64,000 nucleotides of DNA from Octopus vulgaris. Lineage: Eukaryota. Below are positions 12,886 through 26,287 of the stretch, piece after piece. The translations under genes were made by a program, and so were the position numbers. Under the pieces are notes generated by a model that made no database searches, was not told where the DNA came from, and worked only from the letters and a program-made list of their open reading frames with translations. Position 1 is the first letter of the stretch. The number at the start of each line of letters is the position of its first letter. Location of the stretch: positions 144,646,001 to 144,710,000 of the forward strand of contig OX597816.1 of assembly GCA_951406725.2 (NCBI GenBank). Reading direction: 5' to 3'.

Positions 12886-13533
12886 GTGGGGTGAGTCAAA
12901 AAGTAATGCCATTTTGAGTACAGTCATATGTCTGTAGAGGTAGGCAATAATGGACTTTTTCCATTCAATATGGTAACAAGTCCCACTGTGTAAAACCAAG
13001 TCAAGAGAAATCAGTTTAGTTTTAGTGAGTCAAATTTCTTTGAATAACATATGCTTGTATTTTAAAAGGAGGGATTTGAACTCAGAACGTAATGGCAGAC
13101 GAAATACTACTAAGCATTTCGCCTGGCGCGCTAACATTTCTGCCAGCTTGCTGCCTTCACTTTTAAGCAGACTATAGTTACATTAGTATTGCTGTCTTAC
13201 ACTGTTTCTTTTATCTGATTTATTAGCTTGTCAAAAATATCCTAGAGAACCACATGACCAAATGTGCAATTCAGAATAAATTTGAAACAGTATGTAAACA
13301 GAAATTATTGAAGTTATAAAGGAATATTGTTTATAAATACTATAGATTTAGTTATATATCACCTTACAGATGTTACTGCTATTGGAACAAAAACTGTAAT
13401 AACCGTAGCATGGAATGTTATGATTCATCTTTTTAATGAGTTCTCTTAATACTTGTATTTCATTATGCAGTTATGGCTCAGTGTTACAGGGATATTTAAT
13501 AATGATATCATTACTCTTCTTACACTCACCTAG

Positions 13534-13695
13534 GTTGACAGTGGAGGCCCATTAGCATGCCGTGATACATATGGTAACTGGGTAATATATGGTATTACCA
13601 GCTTTGGTAAGTCCGAATGTACTGGACCTGACTCCTCTCCAGCAGCATTTACTGATGTCTCTAAATTGGTGATGTGGATTGAAAAAAATACATAA
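13534..13695 (+). CDS. S1 serine protease last coding exon (catalytic Ser)
   Basis: cctag acceptor. Translates VDSGGPLACRDTYGNWVIYGITSFGKSECTGPDSSPAAFTDVSKLVMWIEKNT-stop (DSGGP, GITSFG, W near the C-terminus). Not in the ORF track. Confidence 0.93.
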   Translation, partial: VDSGGPLACRDTYGNWVIYGITSFGKSECTGPDSSPAAFTDVSKLVMWIEKNT

Positions 13696-15492
13696 AAATT
13701 TCATATAGTTATTTTTTTTACAATGTTCAAGGTTATTGAGTACTTCAATGTAAAATGACTTTATTAATTGCTTATTATTACTTATTTATTAATGTAGAAT
13801 TATTCTACAATTTATAATCATCTAATCTAACTTGATGATTTAGACTTCCGTCTGATTTCATGTCTTCTTATTTTCCTTTTGATTGTTTTCGTTATCAATG
13901 TTTTGTAAAGTTCGAATTATAAATGTAAACTTATAAATGTAAAATGTAAACGAATTATATAATGTAAACTTCAGCTTAAACTTCAAGATATTTACTGTTT
14001 AATTAAACATTAATTTTCCTGGCAATACTACCAATCATATTCTTGTCTTGGGTGCTCCAAGGTAATTTCTTAGGGATGCTGTAATGGCATATAGTATGTT
14101 TTGAGCATTTTTAGACCTGGCAGAACCCAACTCTCTTCAAGTTTGGCAAATGTTGATTTCTTTTAGAAGAAAGGAAAATATCAGACATACAGAATGAAGG
14201 AGTAAAAAAAAAGAGAAGAATCTACCTCATTACAGAACTGATACATTATTTCTTGAACCACAAATGATAAAGTTAATGCCAGTGGGATTTGAACTCGCAG
14301 TATAGAGAACTGGAAAATTATTGTTCAATAATCTATCTGTCACTCTAATGACCCTGCCAATTTACTGCTTCTATTAAATGCATTGCAACAGGTGAAAGAA
14401 ATAGCAATTTTGTTAATTATGTTTATACATAAAATTTCATTTGCACATGTAAAAGAAATTATTGTAAAATAATTTTAGATTCAGAAAGAGACTCAAGCTG
14501 GTATGAGAGTACAATGTACCTTCCTCAGTACACAGTCAACTTGTCAGCTGTCTTACAACTACGCTTACATTCAGGAAACAAAAATATATTAGATATTGCA
14601 GTTATATTCATTCAGTTACTTGTTATGTTCTTCCTTTTCTCTTGTGGGGTTTAACTTTAACTCAACTAAATTTACCATAGATTGAATTTATTACAAATAT
14701 ATTTTGATATACATATTTGTGTAATGTATGGTGTCTACATGTTGTTAACATGTGTATTCATTAAAATATAGTGAAATATTCTCAATGATCAAGGATTTTA
14801 TAATAAAGTTTTTTAATTTTGTAATTATATATAAAAAAGTGTGATTATTGTTTCATTTTGATTGTGACATTGTATTGAAATTCTTTATTCTTTCCTAAAA
14901 TTTCAAGAAAATACACTCACAATGATACAGTGGATACATTTTGGATTAAAAGACATTAAATAATTATGCTTTGTATGGTTACAGGATAAAGACAACGATG
15001 CTTCCCATTGCTGAGTGGTTCATGGAGTAGAGCCAATCTATTTGAAAGCTATACTCATTGCAGGAGTCGAGGATGATGCAGTGAGGAGCTCAGCTCCTCC
15101 AATGAGAGTGCCCACCTCTGCAAACTAGCAAAATAACTTGCACTTTCTCTGTTTTCTTGTAGCATTCTGTGCTACTTATTAATAGCCAAGTGGACTTGGT
15201 TGTTTGTTGTACAACAATAATGACACTATATGAACAATTATTCATGAGGTGGCTGCGGTTAAGTTTTAGATTTTTCCCAAGTTATGCAGTTTATAGTTGA
15301 AAGAGATGTTAGATGGAACACATTTCTTAAAAAAAAAACAAAACGTTTATTTTCAGCATTTGATAAAATTTATCAACCCTTTTGTTACTATATTTCTGCT
15401 GAAAAGTTCTACCTTTGTTTCACTTAAATTCGAAAACAATGAAGGATATTGCACCTGACCATTCTATACAATAATTTTATTATTATTATTAT

Positions 15493-17199
15493 TCAGTAGT
15501 TTTATTTTTATAGCGTGCTTTCACTTCACTACCGAGCACAGCTCTGTCTGCCTTAGGTATGTGCTGTGATTTGTTGTGATGCTCTGATGGTTATTGTATG
15601 GAAAGTGTTCTGCGCAGGATGTGTGCAGTGCCTAGTAGTGCAATTTTCTGTATGTTATATGTGTTTGTAAGTCCTGGTGTTTTTGTTATGTATTTGTCTG
15701 AATGTTTTTTTATCATGCCTAATGCGCCTACTATGATAGGAATTGTTTCTGTTTTTAGATTCCACATTCTGGTTACCTATATTTCCAGGTCTTTGTATTT
15801 TGAAAGTTTCTCCATTTCTTTTAGAGACACGTTGTTATCTGCCAGTATTGATACATCAATTAGAAAGCATTTTTTTCTTCATGATCTCTGACAACTATAT
15901 CTGGTCTGTTGGCCTTAATTTCTCTATCTGTGTGTATCGGCATATCCCAGAGTATGGTTGCTTTCTCGTTTTCTGTGACCTTTTCTGGTGTGTGCCTATA
16001 CCATCTTTTTTCTGTTGTTATTCCATAATGTTGGCATAGCTTCCAGTGTTTGTAGGTTCCAACTCTGTCATGTCTGTGAATATATTCCTTCTTAGCCAGG
16101 ACTGGGTAGCCAGAGATAATATGATTTATTGTTTCTTGCCCATCTCCACATATTCTGCAGTTACTTGATATATTTCTTTTCATTACATTTTTTGGTAATT
16201 TCTAGTGGGGAGGCTTTGGTCTTGTGCTGCAATAAAAAATCCCTCTGTCTCTGCTTTGAGTCCTGAGCTTCTCAACCATTGCTGGGATTTTTCTTTGTCT
16301 ATTTCTTTTGCATTTAGTTTAGTCCAGTATTTACCATGAAGGGGCTTTTCTTGCCATCGTTTTATCATGGTTCGTTGCTGTTCTATTTTTAGTTTGGATT
16401 TCATTTGTTTTATAGCTTTTGTTGTTTCTTCTTCTTCTTCTTCTTCTTCTTCTTCTTCTTCTTCTTCTTCTTCATATTTATTAGGTGGTATGATTTCTTG
16501 TTTGTATTTGTCAGCTTCCTTAAATACTGAGAACAGTTTTTTGTTTTGCTCGTGTTTTGCCGCTATTTGTATCAGTTTTCCTTCCTTCTGAAGTAGATAT
16601 TTTTGCAGTCCTATGGTGGTTATTTTATAGTAGTTTTCCAGCTGTATAAGGCCTCTACCACCTTCTATACGTTGTATATATAGTCTTTCTATGTCAGATT
16701 TTGGGTGATGCATCCTAGATCCTGTCATTATTTTTCTTGTTTTCCTATCTATTTTGGTCAGTTCATTTAGTGTCCAGTTAAGGATATTGTAGCTGTAACT
16801 TATAACTGGGACAGCTAAAGTGTTAATACCTATTATCTTGTTTTTAGCATTGAGTTCTGTTTTTAGTATTGATCTAATTCGTCTATAATATTCTTTTTTT
16901 ATTTTCTCTTTCATTTGTGTGTGTTGTGTCTTATCTAGTTCATGGATTCCTAAGTATTTGTAAGTTTGGCTTTGGTCTAATTCTTTTATTTCATTGGTTT
17001 TATCTAGTGTGATGTTGCTACTCTTAACTAGTTTTCCTCTTTTCAAGGTTACTTTGGCACATTTTTCTAATCTAAATTTCATATCTATTTCTTTGGTAAA
17101 TCCATGAACTGTCTTTAATAGTGTTTCCAGCTGTTTGTCATTTGCAGCGTATAGTTTTCGGTCATCCATATATAAAAGGTGGCTGATCGTTTTGCCGTA
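15493..17199 (-). mobile_element. R4/Dong-like non-LTR retrotransposon (RT C-terminus, CCHC, restriction-like endonuclease), 5'-truncated
   Basis: YMDD, YKYLG, GGRGL, AAQDQ, CRICGDGQETINHI, RHDRV, RPDIVV motifs. Flanked on both sides by (TAA)n, the known Dong-type target. Confidence 0.88.
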
Positions 17200-17218
17200 A
17201 CATTATTATTATTATTAC

Positions 17219-17272
<54 letters not shown>

Positions 17273-17971
17273 CTTTTATAAAGCTTGTGTTTGAAACATA
17301 CATTGATATGAAATTTTGATGGAAGATCTAACTTGAAATCAATTTAGAACAGGAAGTTTTTATCATACAACCAAAGTCAGTCTTAGATGGTTTGGTATCA
17401 AAAGGGCTAATCTTATCCATCAGATACACATTCATACAATAAGCTCAGCAAAAGCGTTCAATATAGGCTTAAAGAAATTCTTGAGATAGTAATTTTTATA
17501 ACTCTAGTCTAGACATTTCTGCTAGTCTTACAAGTGGAGTAAGAGAGGACAAGTTATGGGACATATTGATACTCATTAAGAATTATGAAGCAATACAAGA
17601 ATTATGTTGGTAAAATTCAGTTTTTATTTCCAGTAAAGTATTTTATCAGATAACTTCAACCAGGCATGACTGTCACATTGGTTTGTTGCATATAAATATG
17701 GTTTATTTGCCTTGCTGACAATTTCATTTCCCATTGTTTCATAGAAGAAGCAGAATGAGTACACTGTCCTCATGTCCATGTGTACATATATCAGCATCAT
17801 CTGGGTTTGTGAATTTGAGCTGTACAAAATCTTGGGCCCATGAACATAATCTCTGCATCTGGAGATTATTTGCATTACTATTTGTTTGCAGCTTGTTCAG
17901 CATCACATGATTCTTTTTCAAAAAATGCAATATCCAGGGAAATATCATCTTCTTTGCTATAATCTTTTCTA

Positions 17972-18178
17972 CTTTAGGCATAAGGCACAACATTTTTGGG
18001 AAGGGGACCAATTGATTAGATCGACCCCAGTATGCAACTGATACTTAATTTATCAACCCTGAAAGGATGAAAGGCAAAGTCGACCTTGGCGGAATTTGAA
18101 CTCAGAGCATAAAGGCAGACGAAATACTACTAAGCATTTTGCCAGGCATGCTAACGTTTCTGCCAGCTCACCGCCTTC
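17972..18178 (-). mobile_element. tRNA-derived SINE (same family at 13070-13157 and 29510-29715)
   Basis: Minus strand ggcggtgagctggcagaa...gagttcaaattcc (A/B boxes) followed by gcctttcatcctttc..ggtcgataaa central domain. Confidence 0.75.
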
Positions 18179-18794
18179 CTCTTTACTACAATTCTCACAA
18201 TAGGTGTCCTGTGTGTGGTCTGCAACAAATTTTACTTCAGTTTTAGAGATTATGTTTTACTCCTTGGATATTCTTTATTCTCAGCCTGCACAGCTGTCTC
18301 AGGGCGGTCAATGAGGGCTCTTGTTCTCTAAGGTTTTTTTCTGTCTCTTTTTACCTTGGTCCTGCTTTAGTAAAAATCTAAATAGTCTCTAGTATCAAAA
18401 GACTTGGTATTGGTGGACATATTATAACAGTAATTGTTGTCAGTGGGGCAAATATCTTAGTGATATCAGTTGTCATACACCAACCCTCTTAGAATATACT
18501 GATTAGTGCCTTCTGATGCATGACACAACAATACAAGCAGTAAGAAGACAGTACAGATGTGGACTGATGTAACCTAACCTAGACAGTGATTTCTCATTCG
18601 TGTTTCAGTGTGAATCCTAAATACTTCATTTATTATTTAAAATGCATCTTGTTTTGATTATAATGTATTTTTCCCACCAAAATTGTGCTTCTTTGTGTCT
18701 CTTTGAGCCCTTTATGGCTAATAAAGAATCTACTACCACTATACCATCACTGCTGCTGCTGCTACAACTAGTACTACTTGTACTGCTGCTGCTG

Positions 18795-18851
<57 letters not shown>

Positions 18852-21270
18852 TTTCGCTGCTGCTACCTATGTTTTCGATAATGAAACATGTATAGTGTTG
18901 CATAGTAGGAGACAAGCTCCAAGTAAACTGCTTCAGCTTCTCAGCTTATCTCCTAGTTGAAGCTATTTGCCTTCTATAAATGGATTAGTCAAGTAGACTT
19001 AGGATTTCTTTCAGCTCGTGCTTTTCCAACTCACTCTAAGGGCAAAATATTCATCTCAATTCTGTTAAGGACAACTAGATTTACACGCTTTGTGAAATAA
19101 AGGTCAAATGCATGAAATCAGGTATATACAAGTTTACATGAAAACCCAAATTTATTGGTGGCATTCACATATGAAATTGACTTAATTTTTGTGGCACATT
19201 TTACGGGAGATATGGGAATAATACATTCCTCGAGATCAAACAAATAAAAAGAATTCAAAATATATTATAGGATAATCGCAATTTAGATCATCTGTAGATC
19301 TGAACAATTTAAGGTTTTATAACTCTAGAAGACATACCAGCAAAATCTTAAATATTTTGCTGGAATACCTTTGATGAAAGGTCGGCTGTATGAGGGCTGA
19401 CGTAGGTCTAAATAACAATATCAATAGCAGGCTGGTAAGAGGGTATTTATTCCTTGATTGGCAATGTTGTTGCAATGCGTTGGATGGCATGTCATTTCAT
19501 TTATTTAGTTGTTAGCTACATTTCAGTTATGAACAAACTGATCAATGGTCAACATATGTAGTAGGCTTTATCCCATCATTTACTTCTTTCACACACAGAG
19601 CATTAACAACTACATGATCCATTGTTTGTTTCCCTTTTTCAGTGAATATCATTTTATGTTATTCCTAGCAGGTCAAGTGACCGTAAAGCTTCTGACACTA
19701 GTTCTAAACTATTCATACTTTTACAGCTGTCTCTAAAGTCTCCTTTGATTTTACTGAAGAACCATGTGTATCATTGTATAATATATTTGCTGGTCCACTC
19801 ATAGAAATAACAAAGGAAACTAACTTTAAAATAACAGTAGAATTTTATTCCCTCGTAAATTGGTACAGGGAACAAAGCAAGAATCATTACAAATTCTGGT
19901 GGTGGTTGTTCATGCATAGTTTAGATAATTCAACTTGGCTCACCGTTGATTGCATGGGTTCTATTATAGTAATTCTCTGCTGGTGAAACAGAAGGAAATC
20001 CGTATGACTCACCTTGATGAAAATCTCTCACTCTTCTGACTCATAAATAATTTGTTGCACCAATAATGGAAAAAAGTAAGCTTCAGAACACATACCGTTT
20101 AATGGTTTGAGAGCCTTGAAAGATAAATTGGTATCAAATATTCGACCAAATAATCTATTACCACTTATGTGGAAGCTTGAGAATGGTCTCTTGGCAGAAA
20201 AGTTAAATCATCTGGAAAGAAACGCTTTCACATCCCATATATAATTAGATTGAAATATAGAACGAAATAATAGTACATAAGTAGGACGAATAATTGTGAG
20301 TTATTCCTAAATTTAGCAATAAAGTTTATATCTTATTTTAATTAGTTTTGGTTCTTTACAAAATTCATCTTTAAAAGAGAAAAAGCTGAGTAAAAAGTAC
20401 TTTCAAGGGAAATCACTCTCCATAACATGATTAAAGTTACTTTCCATGACAAAACTTTTTAGTTTTTTTTTTGTATAAGTAGCATTTAGTAACCGTAACT
20501 AGTAGGATATAATTTAAAATTAAGTTAGCAAAAAGTTACGTTACATGAATCTACAACAATGTGCCTGACCGTGCACAATTACGGCGTGGTTTCAACAAGG
20601 ACAGGATTTAGAATTCGATCTTATTGCAAATTGATTTGGTTATGTTACTACTGTCATTGAAGCCGGTGACCAATAACGTGAGAGAAAAACATAGTAGACG
20701 GTAATTGCAATAGCTCTCTCTCTGTACATACATGTATACATATATGTATGCGTATATCTATGTGTTTGTGTGTGCTTCCCTGTGCATGTGTGACAGTGTT
20801 TGTCTCTTCGCTGCTTGACAACCGGTGTTGGTTATTTTCGTTAACTATCAATTTAGCAAAAGAGATCAATTGAATGAGTACTGGAGTTTAAAAAAAATAT
20901 ATTAAGTGTAAGCGACGATTTACACCACTAAAACGTTTCAAGGTTGTGCTCAAGCTTGTCCAATATGTGAAACAAGTATATGATAAAACGTATAAGAAGC
21001 TTGCTTTCCAACCACATGGCTCCGGGTTCAGTCCTACTGCGTGACACCTTGGGCAAGTGTCTTCTACTATAGCCTCGAGTCGACCAAAGCATTATAAGTG
21101 GATTTAGTAGACGGACACTGAAAGAAGCCCGTTGTTCGGCAAAATATATCGATAGAATAAGTACTAGGCTTATAAAAATAAGTCCTGGGGTCGATTTGTT
21201 CGACTAAAGGCGGTGTTCCAGCATGGCCGGACTCAGATGACTGAAACAAGTAAAAGAATGACAGAATATT

Positions 21271-21474
21271 TATATTAAAATTATAGTAAGGGTGCTGAAT
21301 GATTTCAACACTAGTCTGCTAGAAATAGACCCCATATGGTCCATGAACCACTTAGATTATTACTGCAGTACACAACTGGAATAATAATCTAAGTGGTTCA
21401 CGGACCATTTGGGGGTCTATTTCTAGCAGACTAGTGTTGAAATCATTCACTACCCTTATTAAAATTTTGATATA
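21271..21474. repeat. Fold-back/MITE-like inverted repeat (~90-bp arms)
   Basis: tgaatgatttcaacactagtctgctagaaatagacccc...accacttagattatta mirrored by taataatctaagtggt...ggggtctatttctagcagactagtgttgaaatcattca. Confidence 0.9.
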
Positions 21475-21519
21475 GATTCTGGCCACTGATAAATCATTAA
21501 ATAATGATTTTATCCTAAT

Positions 21520-21582
<63 letters not shown>

Positions 21583-21656
21583 GTAGGAAATATAATTCCA
21601 AAACTCACAGGGAAAAATTCAATTTAACAATTTTAAATCAAATTTCACAATATATA

Positions 21657-23190
21657 ATATATGTATATAATTTAGAAAAAAACACTATTAAACAATTCAA
21701 TAAAGAAAGATGTTAATCACACCATATAGAAAATATATACTATAAAAAACCTCATTTTAAATCAATAAAGTACAATAAATAGTAAATAGTAGTAAAAACA
21801 CTACGCACGTTTCATGGCTATATTTTCAAATAGATAATTATAATAAAATCAATTCGATTCGAAATTAAATCGAACTAAAATTAATTCTATTTAAAAATAT
21901 TTAAAAGTTGGAGGGTGGTCTATATAGGGATGACCTTTTATTAATAAATAAGAATTGCACCAATAGAACAGTAGAATTATAATAAGAAACTATATAGCTT
22001 TTTTTAAAAGATATGGATTGAGTATTACTAGATATAATGAGAAACATAATGTTAATCATTTAGATGCTAATTTTAATTTAATAACAGGTAAAACCCAACC
22101 ATTCCATAAAATTAATGAAAACCTGAAATCATTGATAGATATTATAGGTAAAAGAATATCGTTGCTTTCTTCTAATTTTGAGATTTTCCAAAAACACGCA
22201 CCTTATTATAATGAAGCCCCGCGAGAGGCGAGATATAATAATAATATTAAATTCTTTAATAATTCTAAATATGATTATAATATGAAAGATTATAATATAA
22301 ATGATTCCTATATTTTTTATAATAATAAACCTAACATTAAGAATTATGATACGTTTTATTTAGGTAATTATGGTGTTAATAATATGTATTATGGTAATAC
22401 AAAGCATAAATACAATAATAGACTAAAAAATAAAATAAAATTTAATTCATTTAATGATAATAATAAATTTAATAATATAACAAATAGATATAATATTATT
22501 AATAATAAGAACAAAATTTGGTTAATTATTCCTTATGGAGCTCAAGTTAAAACAAACATTATTAAAGAGATTTTAACTATAACTGAAGTATTCATTAGAA
22601 ATAATAAAAAATATAACATTTTTCTAATAATAATTTTGGAGTTGGTTATTCTACTATTATTAATGTAGGTAACATTATTTCTTCTTTTAATAAATTTAAG
22701 CTAAATAAGTTTTACAAAAACAAATCAAATAATTATTCCAAAAATAATAATAACTAATTGTACGTGTAGAGATAAAACGAAATGTTAATTTAATAAAAAC
22801 TGTAATTTCGATGATGTAGTATATAAATGTGTAGTGACTTTGATTGATGATGATAATAGGAATGGTTATATAGGGTCGACTTCTAATAAAATTAAATTAC
22901 GGGTGGCTCAACATTATGAATTCTTTTAAGAATAGTAATTTAATTAATTCTACTGGCCTTAGTAAATATATATGGGAACTAAAATCTAAAAATATTAAGT
23001 ACAATTTAAATTGGGAGATAGTTTGTAAGGCAAAATTAAATCGAATAGGTAGTAATTTTTGTTTATTATGTACTAACAAATTTAAGGAGATATTATTAAC
23101 TAATAATAAAAATTTTATTAATTCCCTCAACAAACGAAAAATTAAATGTAGACATAAATTAAATTACTTAATAATAAGTTTAGCTAATTT

Positions 23191-23242
<52 letters not shown>

Positions 23243-24066
23243 AACCCTGTTTTATGTTACTAATTGTAGTAGTTATAATTTGTAGTAGTAAAATGTGTAT
23301 GAATTAGCACGAGATTATATAGTCTATATTACATAATTAGAATAAGTTGATAATTAGATGTTTATAAAATAAATAAATTAATTAATGAAAATAGATTAAA
23401 TTATATAATTTTAGCTTAATTTATGTTTATTACTAAATGTTTTTCACGTATTTAGTATGTAAATTATTTAGACTTTACAATTTTTCCAGTTAATAGTATA
23501 TTAAAGTTAATTTTTTTTCCATATTCTTTCAGTTAAAATACATTTGTAATTTTAATAGCTTAAATACATATTTCTATCTATTTCTTCTATAAATTCTATT
23601 TACACCATATTTTCACGCGATATATTTCTTATAAACGCTAAGTTCGACGTTTTACGTTTAAATTGTTAGTTAACGAAAATCCTTCGACAAGATAAGTTAT
23701 AGTTTTATTTTAAGAAATATTGTTAAATGCTTTTCGATTATTTATAGTTAATACACGTATTTATATATATATATATATAATTAGTATAAGTTAAGATAAA
23801 TACATTTATTCTATTATTATTTTTCATTATCTATTATCTTAGACCTGATGAGTGACTATATTTTTAAATAGAATTAATTTTAGTTCGATTTAATTTTGAA
23901 TAGGATTGATTTTATTATCATTATTATCTTTTTACTACTATTTATTATTTATTGTACTTTATTATTTAAAATAAGGCTTTTTATAGTATACGTTTTCTAT
24001 ATGGTGTGATTAACATCTTTATTGAATTGTTTAATAGTGATTTTTCTCTAAATTATATACATATAT
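21657..24066 (+). mobile_element. Penelope-like element (degenerate RT C-terminus + GIY-YIG) with inverted pseudo-LTR at its 5' end
   Basis: GGLYRDDLL at 21914-21940, VNHLDANFNL, KRISLLSS, DVVYKC...YIGST..K.R..QH, CLLC, LNKR..KCRH. Segment 21657-21900 is the reverse complement of 23858-24066. Confidence 0.85.
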
Positions 24067-24096
24067 GTTATGTATTATATATCATATTATGTTACG

Positions 24097-24148
<52 letters not shown>

Positions 24149-24634
24149 TCATACATACACGCGCACGCACGCACACACAATGACACCGTGCAATACGAGT
24201 TTAAATCGTTCCACGACCGAACTCGTCTTACGATTTACTCGTTTTACAAATCAATTTTCCCCATTGAAGTTAACTAAAATATAATTAATCCGTTTCAGCC
24301 CACCCTGCGAACCACTTAAAAATAATTTTCAGGGGTTTTATAGCAGAAAGGGTGTAGTTACAAGTAAAATGACAATTATTAAAAAAGAGAATGGAAAAAA
24401 TAAGTTAATTGGTTTTATCAACTGAATTATCTTAAAGATGGGACGATTTCTGCGCGAGGAAGACGATGGAGCGAAGAGGAGGGTTACTGTTTGGAAAGAG
24501 ATTCTCTTTCCATTAAGACTTAAGGAAGAACAATTTCTGGCGTTTTCTCTCTCCGCTTAATTTAGCCTTTTTGTACACGCTTTCTTCACTTTTTACACTT
24601 AGAAACATATCAAGATTTTACGAAAATGTAGGAA

Positions 24635-25530
24635 AATCCACATTTGTTTTTACTGACGGCTTCTGTGTTGTGGAGCGTATTCAGGCTTGTGTTAGAAGAC
24701 TTTTCATAGATTTGGGTTGCCTCTTGCTTTTTATGATGGTGTGTGTTTGGAGGATTAAGTTCATTCTATGATCTTGTTTAGCAGGGGAATGTTTTGAAGG
24801 ATGGTGTCGAAGGTATCATTGTTAAGAGGGTTGTGTGTGGAGATGTATGGTAGGGCCTTTGGTTGTAAATCATTCTTTAATTTGGGATGTCTGAGTTCGT
24901 GGATATTGTAGGGCACGTTGAAAGCATATGTCAATTAGTGAAGGTGGTTAGTTCCTGGTGATGAGTGTATCCTTTAGTTCATGAAGTCGTGTGTCTCTGG
25001 TGTTTGCATTAGAAACTATAGTACATATCCTTTTTGCTAGGCTGAAGAAGATATTCATTCTGGTGTGTCTGGGGTAGCATGAGTTGAACGGTAGATATTG
25101 CTTCGAGTGCGTGGGCTCATAGTATATATCTGTTTCTATTACGTTGTTAGATTTCTTTATGAGGATGTCTAGGAAGGGAAGTTGTTGATGGCTATATTCC
25201 ATCGTGATTTGAATGTTTACGTCAAGTCCATTTATAAGTGCTTGGAATTTTTTAAGTCTCTATACTTTCATGCCAAAGAATGAAACAGCCATCCAGGTAT
25301 CTCTCCCAGTTATTTTCTATGTAGAGGGAGAAGGGGCTGCCGTATTTTACTAGAACCTTACGATAAAGACTAATTTCTAGATATCCCAAGACTAGGTTAG
25401 TAAAGGAGGGGGCCATTCTCATACCCATCGCAGTCCCCAATTTTTGTCGATAGAAGTTGTCTTTGGAGACAAATCAGTTATTCTCCAAGATGAATTTTAG
25501 CCCTTCCATCACGAATTCTTTTTTGGTGTG
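24635..25530 (-). mobile_element. Penelope-like element RT fragment (Penelope/Poseidon-like)
   Basis: GTAMGMRMAPSFTNL, RYLDGCF, LPFLDILI, TDIYYEPTHSKQYLPFNSCYP, KSKRQPKS motifs with frameshifts. Confidence 0.85.
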
Positions 25531-26009
25531 ATGTGGGAGTTCGTTGGCGTAATTCTCTAGCCAGAATTGAATTGCCTCTATTCCTATGTTGTCACCAAAG
25601 AATGTACATTTATATGGATTGTAGTACTCTTTGTCAACCAATATTCTGTGCATGTCTGAATATACAGATACAATACCAATACCAATATCAATTCCTTCTG
25701 GAAACTATCTTAAGCATGTCCTTGAGAATGATTATTTATGTAGTAATCTTTTGTGCCCAATATTTTAAGGAACTTGTTGAACTTTTTTATGTCCTTAACA
25801 TGTCCCTGTTACCAAAGACTGTATATATGTAATGTAGCAATTTGTAACAACCAATAATTAACGCAAACAAACTTCTACATGTTACTTTTGACAATCTTTT
25901 TCCAAAGAGTGAAACCGGTAAAGTAAATAAACATCTTTTAAATTGCATTTTTAAACCTTCTTTCATATATAATTCCACTCGTGCGGTACCCTACAACTCC
26001 ACTTCGTTA

Positions 26010-26088
<79 letters not shown>

Positions 26089-26242
26089 TTATCTATCAAT
26101 ATCTATCTATATATATATATATATTGTTATATTTCGGAATGGTCATATTGCCAGTTTAGCCAATAAAAACACACGCACTATATATTTGGTGTTATTTTGC
26201 TTCAGTGATATTTATTTTTTACATTAATCTTAATCTTATTTC

Positions 26243-26287
26243 GGCCAAAGTTCTTTCGTCACACTCCTGTGACCGCATCAGTGGTCC
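26243..26287 (-). ncRNA. Putative minimal hammerhead ribozyme (mirror copy)
   Basis: Reverse complement of 27868-27912. Confidence 0.55.

Noticed and set aside
17624-18011. Minus-strand ORFs as an extra exon or gene
   Set aside because: No recognisable domain or consistent splice sites; partly overlaps a SINE.
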